Shown here: positions 1 through 12,700 of the stretch, one piece after another | How positions within the stretch are numbered: the stretch's first letter is position 1 | Layout of the letters: every line of letters starts with the position of its first letter | Source of the DNA: Nemertoderma westbladi | Lineage: Eukaryota > Animalia > Xenacoelomorpha | DNA: 64,000 bases | NCBI GenBank assembly: GCA_032718475.1 | Contig: JAUCBJ010004427.1 | Coordinates: 6,252 to 70,251, forward strand | Direction of reading: 5' to 3' | Translations under genes and position numbers: made by a program | The notes under the pieces: generated by a model | The model's database searches: none | Seen by the model: the letters and a program-made list of their open reading frames with translations, nothing else | Told to the model about the DNA's origin: nothing

Positions 1-222
1 ATTTATATGAGGTAGTAGGTATATTTGGTATTATGTATCAAAGTTATGATTAATTAAAAAATAGGTACTACAATAAAATGGCAATGTTTAGCCTAACCTA
101 AACTACCAGACTACTGTATAATTAAGCTAATTTTTAAACTACCCAAGTAAACTGGAAACAATTAAAAAAGTAATGCCATTTAAATGGAAGTTCAGTCCAA
201 AATTAAGGATGTAAACGTTAAG

Positions 223-685
223 CAGACAGTGGTGCAGACACCTGGTGCGGACAGTGGTGCAGACACTGGTGCAGACGGTGGTGCAGCGTGCAGACAGAGG
301 TGCAGACACTGGTGCAGACAGTGGTGCAGACACTGGTGCAGAGTGCAGACAGTGGTGCAGACACTGACTGACTGGTGCAGGCAGACAGTGGCTCAGACAG
401 TGGTGCAGCGTGCAGACACTGGTGCAGAGAGTGGTGCAGACACTGGCAACTGGTGCAGACAGTGGTGCAGACACTCTGGTGCAGACAGTGGTGCAGACAG
501 TGATGCAGACACTGGTGCAGACAATGGTGCAGACAGTGGTTCAGACAGTGGTGCAGAAAGTGGTGCAGACACTGGTGCAGGCAGTGGTGCACACTGGTGC
601 AGACACTGGTGCAGACAGTGATGCAGACACCTGGTGCGGACAGTGGTGCAGACAGTGGTGCAGAAAGTGGTGCAGACACCTGGTG
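223..685 (+). repeat. 12-bp minisatellite (CAGACAGTGGTG)n, left arm of the foldback element
   Basis: Directly visible tandem array with CACT/CAGT/CACCT variants. Confidence 0.97.
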
Positions 686-1344
686 AAAATACTGAAATAC
701 CAGAGTACCACAAAACACAATACCACCAGGCACTATTATATTATATTTTATCATAAAATTTATTATCTACAAATACTGAAATATGCGAGTAACTACTGAA
801 AGGTTCTACATGAAGTAGGGAGGACGTATGTAGTACATGAGGGGCTGAGGGGTGCGTGGGGGTGAATGTGCCCTAATTAAAAATAATTATAAGTGGTGTG
901 TACCGTACGAAAGTAATTAATCGGTATTCCCGTTTTCATATAAACAATAATGTCTATAAATTGTAAGCAGCAATGTCTCCAAGGAATAAGGTTTAAGCGA
1001 CAGTGTTTGATTGTTTATACATGACCTACCTTATACAGAGTATGTTTAATTTGTTTACCTTTACTGGAGCCACTATGCTTATTACTGTATAATAAAACGA
1101 GCTCATTAAGTTATTGTCTCATGCTGGGGATATACATTCACTGTAAGGTTTCACAGTCTCACAGGTCTACAGTAAGGTCTCAGGAATTCTTAGCCCGCGA
1201 GTATTCTTAGCCTGCGAGTATTATTGGCCCTTGGGTATTCTTAGCCCGCATAACAATAACGTTTATTGTTTTGGTTCCCCCAATACTCCTCAGAAACCTG
1301 CTCCTTTACTAAACTGCTCCTTTACTAACCTGCTCGCCCCTTTA

Positions 1345-1937
1345 CTGTCTGCAACAGTGTCTGCACCACTGTCTGCACTAGTGTCTGCACCACTGTCTGC
1401 ACCACTGTCTGCACCAGTGTCTGCACCACTGTCTACACCACTGCCTGCACCAGTGTCTGCACCACTGTCTGCACCAGGTGTCTGCACCACTGTCTGCACC
1501 ACTGTCTGTACCAGTGTCTGCACCACTGTCTGCACCAGTGTCTGCACTACTGTCTGCACCAGTGTCTGCACCACTGTCTGCACCACTGTCTGCACCAATG
1601 TCTGCACCACTGTCTGCACCAGTGTCTGCACCACTGTCTGCACCACTGGCTGCACCACTGTCTGCACCTCTGTCTGCACAAGTGTCTGCACCACTGTCTG
1701 CACCACTGTCTGCACCACTGTCTGCACCAGGTGTCTGCACGACTGTCTGCACCAGGTGTCTGCACCAGTGTCTGCACCACTGTCTGCACCAGTGTCTGCA
1801 CCACTGTCTGCACCAATGTCTGCACAGCTGTCTGCACCACTGTCTGCACCACTGTCTGCACCAGGTGTCTGCACCACTGACTGCATCACTGTCTGCACCA
1901 CTGTCTGCACCACTGTCTGCTCTGCACCAGTGTCTGC
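1345..1937 (-). repeat. 12-bp minisatellite (CACCACTGTCTG)n, right arm, inverted relative to 223-685
   Basis: The unit is the reverse complement of the left array unit. Confidence 0.97.
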
Positions 1938-2087
1938 TTAACGTTTACACCCCAAAATTAATTAGTACAACGATGGACAGATTGATTAGTCTTACTGTCT
2001 TCTGGTCTTAGCTCAATCAGTCAATGTAATACTTGGCAGCTTGGAATATTTAGCAAAGTTTGCTCCGGGCTTCTGCAGTATCAATTG

Positions 2088-2162
2088 CAGAAGCCGAACC
2101 GAACCGAAATTGCCAAACTTCGGCCCGAACCGAACCGAAGCCGAAGCTTCTGTTGAGCCCTA
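2088..2162. mobile_element. Isolated end of a hAT-like MITE
   Basis: CCGAA subterminal repeats end in ...TTCTGTTGAGCCCTA (TAGGGCTC terminus), resembling the TIR of the 2919-3672 element. No partner end was found. Confidence 0.5.
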
Positions 2163-2194
2163 ACTATTACAATATAACAGTATAACAATACGTT

Positions 2195-4140
2195 TAAATT
2201 CGAATTATAAATCAAAACAGCCAGACAAACAAAATATAATTAGTTTTTGATGTTAAGTAATAGTAGGTGAAATAATAATTAAAATTAATTAAAAATGCCG
2301 CAATACGGCAAGTTTTGGTAAACAGATACATTTTTCAAATGATGTAATAATGACAAAAATACTTCGTAATATAAAACAACAACAGCCAGACACATATATT
2401 ATTAGTTCGGATTAGTATAAGAAATTAATTAGGCCCCTAGTATAAAAATCACAGCTGCTCATTGGCCCAGAGCCGAATGCCTGTATGACGAGGCCTACTC
2501 TACTATGCTAAGTTAAGTGGGGCATCACAATAAAAAAATATTAAATTCGAATAGTACAGTACATATAAATTTATCCGAACAGTATAAGGCCTTAATGAAC
2601 TATACAATTGTCTAGTGTGACCTTCATTTATGAACTGATCAACAGTACTGGTATATAAATTTTGGTCGGTTATTGCACAACAATACTGATAGTTTTTGTA
2701 ACATGTACATATATTTTTCAATGATATACGGTAATTAATACATAAAAAATTACAATTTTCAAAATATAACAATAAAACTAGTTCGGCTTAAGAGTAGTTA
2801 AGAAAATTATCACCGTATTATTTACCGTATATCATTGAAAAATATATGTACATGTTACAAAAGCTATCAGTATTGTTGTGCAATAACCGACCAAAATTTA
2901 TATACCAGTACTGTTGATTAGGGCTCGATCGGAGTTGGGATTTGGCCGGAGCCGGAGCAGGAGCCGGAGTTGGACAATTTGGCCGGAGCCGGAGCAGGAG
3001 CCGGAGTTTTTCAAAAATTTAAAAATTTAATTATTTATTTAAAAAAAAATAAAGTATGGTTATCGTTCGCCAATCGCTCATAATCAATCATACTGTAGGT
3101 CTAATTAATTTCATAATTTATAGATTTACGAATTTTCAATTTAAAATTTAAGTAATTAATTTATCACGGACAGACGACGCGGCTGACGCTGACGGCTAAA
3201 AATTACCTACAGTACCTAACTCACTAACTGTCTAACTGTGGTAGAGGTGTGTACTGTAGGTAGCCTACCGTACGTGTACCAGTACTGCAGTACAGTATGC
3301 TGGCATGACAGCAGTAAATGGCTGCAGTGGTACAGTCTGACAGTGTACAATCATAGCATTTACAATTTTTTACAGTAGGGCCTATCTGTAATAGTCTGCT
3401 AGTCAGCCAGCTGGCCAGTACCAGTACTGCAGTACAGTCAGTCAGTCATTGACTTTAAGTAAATACTGCAGTATTATCAGATTATACTTGATATTGAAGC
3501 TGTACTACAGTACTTATAGTGTAAATAATTGTTCAGATTAGAATATGCACGAAATATAATACTTTATTAAAAAATTAACTCCGGCAATATTTTTACCGGA
3601 GCCGGAGCAGGAGCCGGAGGTGCCAAAATGGCCGGAGCCGGAGCCGGAGGCCGGAGCTCCGATCGAGCCCTACTGTTGATCAGTTCATAAATGAAGGTCA
3701 CACTAGAGAATTGTGTAGTTCATTAAGGCCTTATACTATTTGGATAAATTTATATGTACTGTACTATTCGAATTTAATATTTTTTTTATTGTGAAACCCC
3801 ACTTAAGGTCTCGTCATACGTTAGGTCCCGCCTTGTCATACAGGCATTCGGCTCTGGGCCAATGAGCAGCTGTGATTTTTATACTAGGGGCCTAATTAAT
3901 TTCTTATACTAATCCGAACTAATAATATATGTCAGTATGTGTCTGGCTGTTGTTGTTTTATATTACGAAGTATTTTTGTCATTATTGCATCGTTTGAAAA
4001 ATGTATCCGTTTACCAAGAAAACTTGCCGTATTGCGGCATTATTAATTAATTATAATTATTACTTGGCCTACTATTACTTAACATCAAAAACGAATTATA
4101 TTATGTTTGTCTGGCTGTTTTGATTTATATTTCGAATTAA
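2195..4140. repeat. Long imperfect palindrome (~550-bp arms, ~80-bp spacer) interrupted by a MITE
   Basis: 2195-2738 is the reverse complement of 2818-2918 plus 3681-4140 (e.g. ATCACAGCTGCTCATTGGCCCAGAGCCGAATGCCTGTATGAC vs GTCATACAGGCATTCGGCTCTGGGCCAATGAGCAGCTGTGAT). Confidence 0.9.
2919..3672. mobile_element. hAT-superfamily MITE
   Basis: 16-bp TIR TAGGGCTCGATCGGAG / CTCCGATCGAGCCCTA, 8-bp TSD CTGTTGAT (2911-2918, 3673-3680), and GCCGGA subterminal repeats at both ends. Confidence 0.92.
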
Positions 4141-5575
4141 TGTATCTTAATGTAATTATTCTTCTAACTAACTTGTAACTATCTATCTTAATGTAATTAT
4201 TATATCGAGCGAACGAGAATTCGAGCAGTACGTGATCAGATACTTACTCGAAATAACTCAATAGTAGGTCAGATAATGGGTCTGACTGTTAGTTTTTGCT
4301 TTAAATTTTGAAATATAGTCTTCTGCCCGGATATCGTTTGAAAAAATGTATTTTTATCAAAAAACTAATTGTCAGACCACCTTGAGGACCATTTAAAATT
4401 TTAATTTATTAGAATTTTAAAATGAGTCCTACACGCTCTAGAACATCTAGTTTACTCTTCAAATTTTGACATGTCGCTCATTTTGTGTCAAAGATGTCAG
4501 GTAAAAAAGCTCAAGAACATAGCTATAATCAGAGCTCTCCACCAGAGCCTCCAATATTGCATTTTTTGACATTTTTCAGATTCTTCACCCAGATATTCAG
4601 TCATACAGACTATCTGATTATCAGTTTACCTACTAAAGTTATATGATTCAAATCATTATGAGTCACTCTAACCGGGAAAACTAAAATAACAGATAAACTA
4701 GTTGTCAGACTAATGTACTGAGGTCTCAAATGTTGACATTTTTCAAAAATTCGCATTTTTGAGGCAACTTTGAAATCGTCTGACAACTTTCTGATTAATA
4801 GTATATTCATTTAGTAATAAAAATATTGAAGTTCAGGCATCGTTTATTTAGAATCACATACAATTAACATTAAACTGATAATCAGATCAACTGTAGACAC
4901 CACTTCAAATAATGTACTTCACTGGTTTTTGGAATTTCGCCAAATTTAAAACATCAATATTTCGAGAACGGCTAAACCAAATCGGCTGAAATTTTCACCA
5001 CATCGTTTTTTCACTAGAATTGATAAGTGGTTAAAATTTCGTCAAAAATTTCCGACCCTTGCCACACCGATTGGTCGAATTAGCATGGAATGACCCCTAC
5101 AATAGGGGCCCACCGGTGTAGCAGATAATTTCCGACCCCCTAAAAATTCACCCCCGGTTAAAATTACGTATTTTCACCCCCTGGTTAGAATTCACCAGGG
5201 TTGGCAACCAATGTTTTTTCTCACCATTGGTTTTTTATGGTTTTTTGGTTTAACCAACTTTTAAAAAAGGCGAAGAAATTGGTTTTTTAGGGTGACAGAC
5301 CGAACGTAATCAGGAACGAATGTAACGTATTTTTTACGAAGCGAGCGTAACCTCAATTATGTTACATTGGATCCTATAACTATGTTACATTCGATCTACA
5401 AATTACTAAGCTCGAATGTGGAATGTAACATACAATTACTTCAGTTGTGTCTTGATTTTAGGAGTTGAGGAGTTTGAGGGAAAGGAACAGGTTACAGAGG
5501 CAGGCTTTTCTAACTAAAACAATAAACGGCCACTTTTGACTTTACCAATTGAAGGAGCCCTATCACCTCACCACA

Positions 5576-5797
5576 TACTACTACTACAATCGGCATGCTG
5601 CATTGCAGCTGCATTATATATATAGGCCCTATTGAGAATGCTGTGCCGGCTTGTTGACAAAAGTGCGCCTCCACATCTCCCTTACACTCTTACAGCCTTA
5701 TCACTCATAACATTTGCTAGATCATCCGCATCTTAAACGCCAGTGTCCTTTTAAGACAGTAAGAAAGATGCGTCTCAACTCTCATGAAAGTCATGGG
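5576..5797 (-). mobile_element. 3' end of an RTE-clade LINE with (TAG)n tail; continues at 6704-7058
   Basis: Homologous to 16240-16410 and 16872-17040. A CTACTACTAC tract marks the 3' terminus on the + strand. Confidence 0.8.
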
Positions 5798-6703
5798 CCA
5801 GGTTGGAATTCATGCATGAGCGCGCAGGTACGCTTTGTTGTTTTGAAATCACCGCGCACCTGAAATTGGCTCGTCGCGCACCTCATCATATGTCATAATC
5901 CAAACAAAATCGCGCAGCTCATGTCATGCATATCTCAAAAAATCGCACAGTTCATAAGAACAATTTTACATTCCTATTTTACAAGTTTGAGCGTTTTAAG
6001 CTTATCTTTACGTCTGTCTGTCTGTACGTTGAATCTAGGCTTACATAATAAATGTAATTTTTGCAACATCAAAATTGTTAATATTAAAAAATATTTTTTT
6101 AATCCACTACTATGGTGGCCCATCGGGCTCACTGCTTTTATAACAGAAAATATTATTTTAGATTACAAACAAAACATGTACCGGTAATTTCAAAAAAACG
6201 AATATTGAATACTGTAGGTACCAGTCTGCCAATAATACTTTGTATAGGCCTACCTAACAATTAGGCTTAAACATACAGTTGGCTTATAATTAAGTCATAC
6301 TTATAATACATTGTTACTTTCTGACTTTACCTGTTTACTAACGTAACATCGGCATAGCATAGACCTAATAACAATACAACAATAGAGTACTGTAGTTAAA
6401 ATAAATAGACAAATTCAGCTCCGGTTGCCGGTATTACAGTATTATGGTGAAGTGATTTGACTGTTTGAAGAATTGGAAATGAGAAACTAATGCGAGCGTA
6501 GCGAGCGAAATTTTTTTGTGTATTTTCGTGATTTCAATTAATTTGTGGTGCGCATCAGAGGCAGAGCTGCGCGCTGAGGCGCAACGCGCACCTGTCTCAC
6601 ACCCGAACGCGCACCTGTCTCACCCAAACGCGCAACGCGCATCTGGTTTGCGGTCATTCGCGCAGGTACGCGTCCGAGTTTTGCAGCATGAATTCCAACC
6701 TGG
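5798..6703. mobile_element. Non-autonomous TIR element with 8-bp TSD (hAT or P-like), inserted in the RTE fragment
   Basis: TIR CCAGGTTGGAATTCATGC / GCATGAATTCCAACCTGG, TSD GTCATGGG at 5790-5797 and 6704-6711, and CGCGCA subterminal motifs. Confidence 0.9.
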
Positions 6704-7058
6704 GTCATGGGCTGTCCACCATCCATGCTTATTCACTCCATGAGGTGCACTGGCTGGTCCTCACGGCTTAAAGCGATGTCCTGCAAAGCGGAGGCGGCTT
6801 TGTTCTAGTGTCAAGCTTGGGGGAACCAATGACTGAATGAGACACCTCCAACTCTAATGTTATATAGTGTCTGGTTGGAGATGCAGAGATGCCAATCTGC
6901 TAAGTAGGGCATGTACGCCGAACGCGTTCGGCGCACAATTTTTTCCAGAATTTGGAGCAAGCGCAGAAAATTGAGAGCGCAGCGCAGCGCCGTGCAGCGC
7001 GCAGGCGCAGAAAATTGTACGCGTGTAGATGTGTGCATTGTACTTGACACAGTGAACC
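6704..7058 (-). mobile_element. RTE LINE fragment (continuation), with a ~140-bp GCGCA-rich insert at ~6887-7026
   Basis: Colinear with 17031-17238 on both sides of the insert. Confidence 0.75.
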
Positions 7059-8274
7059 TACAGACCTAATCAAAACAATTAGTCAATAAACATTAACTTA
7101 ATAACATAATAGGTTACAGTTTACAGTAGTCTTATTTTTGCCATACGAAAATACCACAGGCAGACAGGTATGGGTATGAATGAAATGAACTATACAGCTA
7201 TAACTCAACTACCGCTACCGAGGTATACACCGCTAAGGCAGTAAGGCTACCGCAAAACTATACCACTACCGCAAAAAGTAACTACTGATGTCTGACTGTA
7301 CGTGTGTGGTGTGCGATCCCTGCTTATAATACTTATAATACCGGTAATTAATTTGATCATTAATATAATGTTGCATTGTAATTATGTAATATATATGTAC
7401 TGATACGGGATGCAGTTTTGATTTAAATACCGATATACAGTACGGCAGCATGGGTACACTTGGAGTTGTACTAAAGTCCAATATTGGACTTTGGAGTCCA
7501 AAATTGGACTTGAAGTCTAAAATTGGACTTGAAGTCAAATTTTTGACTTCTCACCGACTGACTGGTTACACTGGTGACTGGTCACCCATTATCACCAAGC
7601 TCTATAAGCACTACGCAGCAAAGCCTACTGCTACACCCTACTGCTGGCAGGCTGGTGATGTTGTAAAGACTGGCGAAATTTGAGGTTTTATCTCAAATTT
7701 GAGGTTTAACCTCAAATTTCAATTTTCGCCCCCAATAAAAGCATGTTTGCATCGGTGAAATATTTTATTGCATCGATGAAAGTTCTTATTTTACATTATA
7801 TTTTCACATATTAAAAGTAGAAGTTGCTCCAACAGTTTCTCTAAGTCGCAGCAACACTCGATATTATGAGCCTAAAAATACCTCAAATTTGAACAAAAAA
7901 CCCCAATTTTCGACAGCCTATTACTGTATTACGGGTTTGACTAAATACGCCACCGACAACCACCGACACCTTTCGCATACCACCGACAACAAAAGACACA
8001 AAACCGACACAAACCGACAGGTAAAATCACAAACCGACAACTTCGGCAATGTTAGTAAACTATTTCAGCAGTTCAGTCAGTCAGTACATGATTATACAAT
8101 TTTTATTTCTAGTCCAAATATGACTACTAATACTACAAATATGTATAACTACGGGTGGGGGGGGGGGGGGGGGGGTGCCTACATACATACTGTAGTTCCC
8201 TAAGTTACTGCAGTAGTTTTATGTTGTCATTTTATTTATCTCACCTAACCTACAGTACATTGTAATACATTGTA

Positions 8275-8788
8275 AACGAATATTGAAATAGGTACCAGTC
8301 TGCCAGTAATACTTTGTATTGGCCTACCTAACAATTAGGCTTAAACATATAGTTGGCTTATAATTAAGTCATACTTATAATACATTGTTACTTTCTAACT
8401 TTACCTGTTTACTAACGTAACATCGGCATAGCATAGACCTAATAACAATACAACATACACATACAATAGAGTACTGTAGTTAAAATAAATAGACAAATTC
8501 AGCTCCGGTTGCCGGTATTATTACAGTATTATGGTGAAGTGATTTGACTGTTTGAAGAATTGGAAATGAGAAACTAATGCGAGCGAAGCGAGCTAAATTT
8601 TTTTGTGTATTTTCGTGATTTCAATTAATTTGTGGTGCGCATCAGAGGCAGAGCTGCGCGCTGAGGCGCAACGCGCACCTGTCTCACCCGAACGCGCACC
8701 TGTCTCACCCAAACGCGCAACGCGCATCTGGTTTGCGGTCATTCGCGCAGGTACGCGTCCGAGTTTTGCAGCATGAATTCCAACCTGG
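8275..8788. mobile_element. Second, truncated copy of the 5798-6703 element
   Basis: Near-identical to ~6197-6703 and ends at the same TIR GCATGAATTCCAACCTGG. Confidence 0.88.
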
Positions 8789-9399
8789 CGTACCGGTATT
8801 TGTCAAATACAGAAATACGCGGAAGAAACCTCAGAGTTTCATGTACACCGGTCAGCCGGTCTGCCGGTAGCAATTCCAGCCTGGGATGCCGCCATTCTAG
8901 CTAGACTGTCTGCCTGCAGTGCCTGGACTGATCAGTCTGTCAGTTAGACAATCACATCCACAGGTTGGTTTGGTTTAGTTTAGCCAGTTGCCAGTGTCCC
9001 AGCCAGACCCAGAGCAGCAGACAAGCAGAGTCATGTCACACTGTCACAGTCCTGCTCCTGCCTGCCTGCAGTCAGTATTTCAGTATACTAAAGCTAATTG
9101 GCTACAGAACTGCAGCTGACAGCCTGAGTAGCCTACCAAGCAGCCAAGTACCGTACTTTGTACTTGCTTTGAGTATGGTTATTTATGGTAGGTTGTAGCT
9201 TGTAGGTACTGAGGTAGGTAGGTAGGTACCGGTACCCCTAGCTAGAGGTACACCAACAGAGAACAGACCAAACAACACTTTCCAGTTTCCACACTGACAT
9301 GTGGCAGACAGAGTGACCATACAACAAAACAAATCAGTGACTAATAATGACTCATGTTTAAGCAAAACATTAACAATTTGACTAATTTATGACATTATG

Positions 9400-9640
9400 T
9401 TCAAGATTATTTAATAAATTTACAATGTCAATAGTAATTTCGCAAACTTGAGAAGGTTTTCAAATTATATGCTTAGATAATTTAATAAATTTAAGAGTTT
9501 ATCCAAACTTCGCAAATGTGAGAAGTTTTTCAAATTATATGCTGAGATGATTTTAATAACATTTACAAGTTTAATAAAACTTCATAAACATGATAAGTTT
9601 TGAAGGTAATACTAACATTTTAACAAATTCTTAATAATTT
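9400..9640. repeat. Degenerate ~70-bp AT-rich tandem repeat (3-4 units)
   Basis: The motif AGATxATTTAATAAATTT...TTCGCAAA..TGAGAAG.TTTTCAAATTATATGC recurs at ~9405, ~9475 and ~9546. Confidence 0.65.
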
Positions 9641-9700
9641 TAAATCTGTTAGTACAATAATTTTCAAGTTCTACCAAATGAGATAAGTTCTATCACCAGG

Positions 9701-12700
9701 GCGAATTCACCTCACTCGACGCCGCCCTTACTGAATGTTTTTAAAAAATGTTTCTTCCCACCAAGGTGGACCCAAAATGAAGTTATACTTAAAGAAAGAC
9801 CACGAGGTAAAGGGAAAAGCGTGGACGGGGGGGGGGGGGGGGTGGTATGCGTCGAATGACACGAGGGGAGACGAACTGGACTCGTTAATTTTATATTACT
9901 CGAAATTGTATGTAATATATTTTCGCTCCCAGTCTACACTCGTTCTATATACCGGTAACCCATTAATATTAATATATACTACTCAGTCGTTTGTACATAA
10001 TACGAAGTCTGTAAGTTATAGTCACCGAAACATTGCAGCTCGGAAATTATAATATATGAATCAAGGATGTCTCTCTTATGATCTACATAGAATAGATATG
10101 GTTATTGATACTGTTACATTGTGATAATGGATTCTAGGTTTCTTTCACTGGTAAATCCGTATAAATGTTGAAGTAATAAAATTTAATTACAGAACCATAG
10201 TTCGAAGATCAGCATTATTCATACCAGTCATTGCTTAGAAATTTTACAGGATATATTGTTAATCTGACTTAAGTTGTTTAGGTTGAACAAAGTCTACATA
10301 GTAAACAACAGGTCCTCCAAAGAGTGTGTCTTTGGTATATTATATCATGAAGGGGGAAGTTAGATTCACTGCATAAATGCAGTTTATCTAACTTCCCCCA
10401 AATATCCACTGTTGAATAAAATTGAAGCCATATATTAAGTCCGAAAAGGTTCGAGTTTTTTAATAAATTGTGTGGTCCATTTGTTATCTTATCTCTATTT
10501 ATTGTTTAAAGTTCATTTAAGATCACACTGGTTTTTAGAATATTACAACCTTATTTATTATTAATTTATACAATCGAACCCTTATAAGGACCGGTTATTT
10601 GTACACATACTCCTAATGCGCTCAGTAAGGTCCATACAACATATTAATATGAAAATAAATTATCTGCAACGAAAAGAACCCAATAATACACCATTTGACC
10701 TTATTAAAAAAAATTGCACATTTGCACACATATTTGCACAAGTGCACTTTAGCGGATCCTAAAGGTGGTTCCTATTTAACACACTTATGTCTATTCTCTA
10801 CTGATCTACGATGGTGCATGATCAAGTGTCAGTCGCTAAAAGTGTCAAAAATCCAATTTAATAAATCGCGACATTCGCGATTTTGGACCATATTCATGGA
10901 CATTTTAAGTCACTTTATAGACATAAAAAGATAAACAAATGTTAAGATTATAGTTAGAAATCATTCCAAACTACATTTTAATCCAAAAAATAACATTCTA
11001 CGATGAATAGAACTGGAAATAATAGTGTTTGAAATATCGAAAAAATGTCGAATATTTAAGTGCATTTTGCACTAAGTGCACATGCGTCTTTTCTCAAGTT
11101 GTATCCTATTTCAAACACTACAATCTATCCTCTATCCATTGAAAAAAGTTTCAGATCAAACGGCCCAGTAAAACCGAAGTTATTGATGTTTAAACATAGT
11201 CACTCGAAAATTTCAAATTCTCTTGGTCACATAGTCTAGTGGTTATCAATCACGTTATTGAAACCTAAGGTCGCGGGTACGAAATCCAATATTGGCCATT
11301 CTTAATTTTTTGTAAAAAAAATTTTTTTTATTTTTTCACTAAAATCGCTCTAACTTCGGTTCTGGTGGTCCAAATTCAATAAAATTGGTATATTCTTTGC
11401 CGTAATTTTTTTTTCTATCTTTTGAGAGGGGGTCATTTTTGGCCCCAAAAAAAATGAAAAAAAAGGGCCAAAATTACGCGATATTTTTCGACCCTTAAAA
11501 TTGTTAATTTTAATTATATATGTTAAGAAAAAAGATAGCGGAGGTAATTTGCTACATTTTAAATGTACTTTTGGCGCAATACGCTAAATTATAATGGAGT
11601 AGTGATTTATTAGAAAAAAAAAATTTTTCGTCCCTTTTTATAAATATTTTATTTCACACGATCGTCTGCCGCACCAGTTGTATATAAGCTACGGCGCTCT
11701 AATTAACGCTGTTAGATAGATAATTTAAAGCTCTATAAGTCTGTGTAAACAAATCTCCCGTAAGTTAAGTAGTTTGCGAGCTGGACGAGTTCCCGCGCAG
11801 TGAGTTTGAAACGCGAAATTTTAATAATGGCCCTCATTTTTTTTATATCATTTGCGCAGCAAAACCGATAGCATATTTGAATTCCCCGTATCGATATTGA
11901 CCGTATAAAATGTACCTTAACCAACTAAAGTGAAAAATAAAAAAATATTCGATAAAAACTATTTTTCATATTCTGGCCCTTTTTGGCCCCTATTGTCGAC
12001 ATATTTGTTGTACCCCCACTCGATACGAACGTAGCCCCAATGGTCTCCTACGAGTTTCAAAAAAGAATTAGTGGAATCCGACCCGCGTTGTCAAATTAAA
12101 CATTTCGGAAATAAAATTTCGAAAAAAGACGGACAAAAACGTACAAATTTACGGCCCCTTTTTCCACCCGAAATTTTAATAAATCTCTTACCCCCATTCG
12201 ATACGAAGGTAGACCCACTCGTCATCATTCCAACCGCGTTACTTTCGTTCCCGTACGATAAATAGTAGCCGAGTTATTACGGATCCCGCAAAGTCATTTT
12301 GTCCGTTTTTTCAACTTTGACGGACAATAGCCGGAAAACAAGCCCGGAGGCGGGGTATTCCAAGAAGTGGAAACGTCTAATTTAGACCCCCTCTTTCGAT
12401 TCCCGGTGTCTCTGGATGCGTCAAATAGAGGTTTTTTAAGAGTCCTAGTGAAAAAAAGACAAAAAAACCAGACAATTGTCCGTCATGTCCGTCAAAACGA
12501 TAGATTCGCTAAAAGCTCTGAAGAATCTTATTTTTTTGGCATTACGCGTCTCCCCTCGAAAAATCGAGAAAATCGTACCTCTGGAAATAGGTCGAATGGG
12601 GGGGGGACACCGTTTTCGCAGTAACTACGCGTCCAGCATGTAGACTGCGTCCTTTAGAGGGGCGGCGAATTCACCTCACTCGACGCCGCCCTTACTGAAT

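Larger units (their letters stand above)
207..1952. mobile_element. Non-autonomous foldback-type DNA transposon (Mutator/MULE-like) with satellite-filled inverted arms
   Basis: The termini GGATGTAAACGTTAAGCAGACA (207-) and TGTCTGCTTAACGTTTACACCC (-1952) are inverted repeats with 1 mismatch. A perfect 9-bp TSD CAAAATTAA lies at 198-206 and 1953-1961. A 9-bp TSD with G-starting TIRs fits MULE/FB elements. No transposase is present. Confidence 0.85.

Noticed and set aside
139-2011. Many overlapping ORFs (SAPL/VQT/CTT repeats), and a possible CRISPR-like array
   Set aside because: These are translations of a stop-free 12-bp satellite. There are no unique spacers and no cas genes.
4200-5420. Possible DNA-transposon ends (…GCATGGAATGACCCC at ~5097, CAGGGTTGGCAACC at ~5196, TAGGGTGAC at ~5288)
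   Set aside because: These are single ends without a partner TIR or TSD, so no element can be delimited.
7200-8050. Short motif clusters (TACCGC, AAGTCCAAAATTGGACTT palindromes, ACCGACA)
   Set aside because: They look like subterminal repeats of decayed MITEs, with no supportable boundaries.
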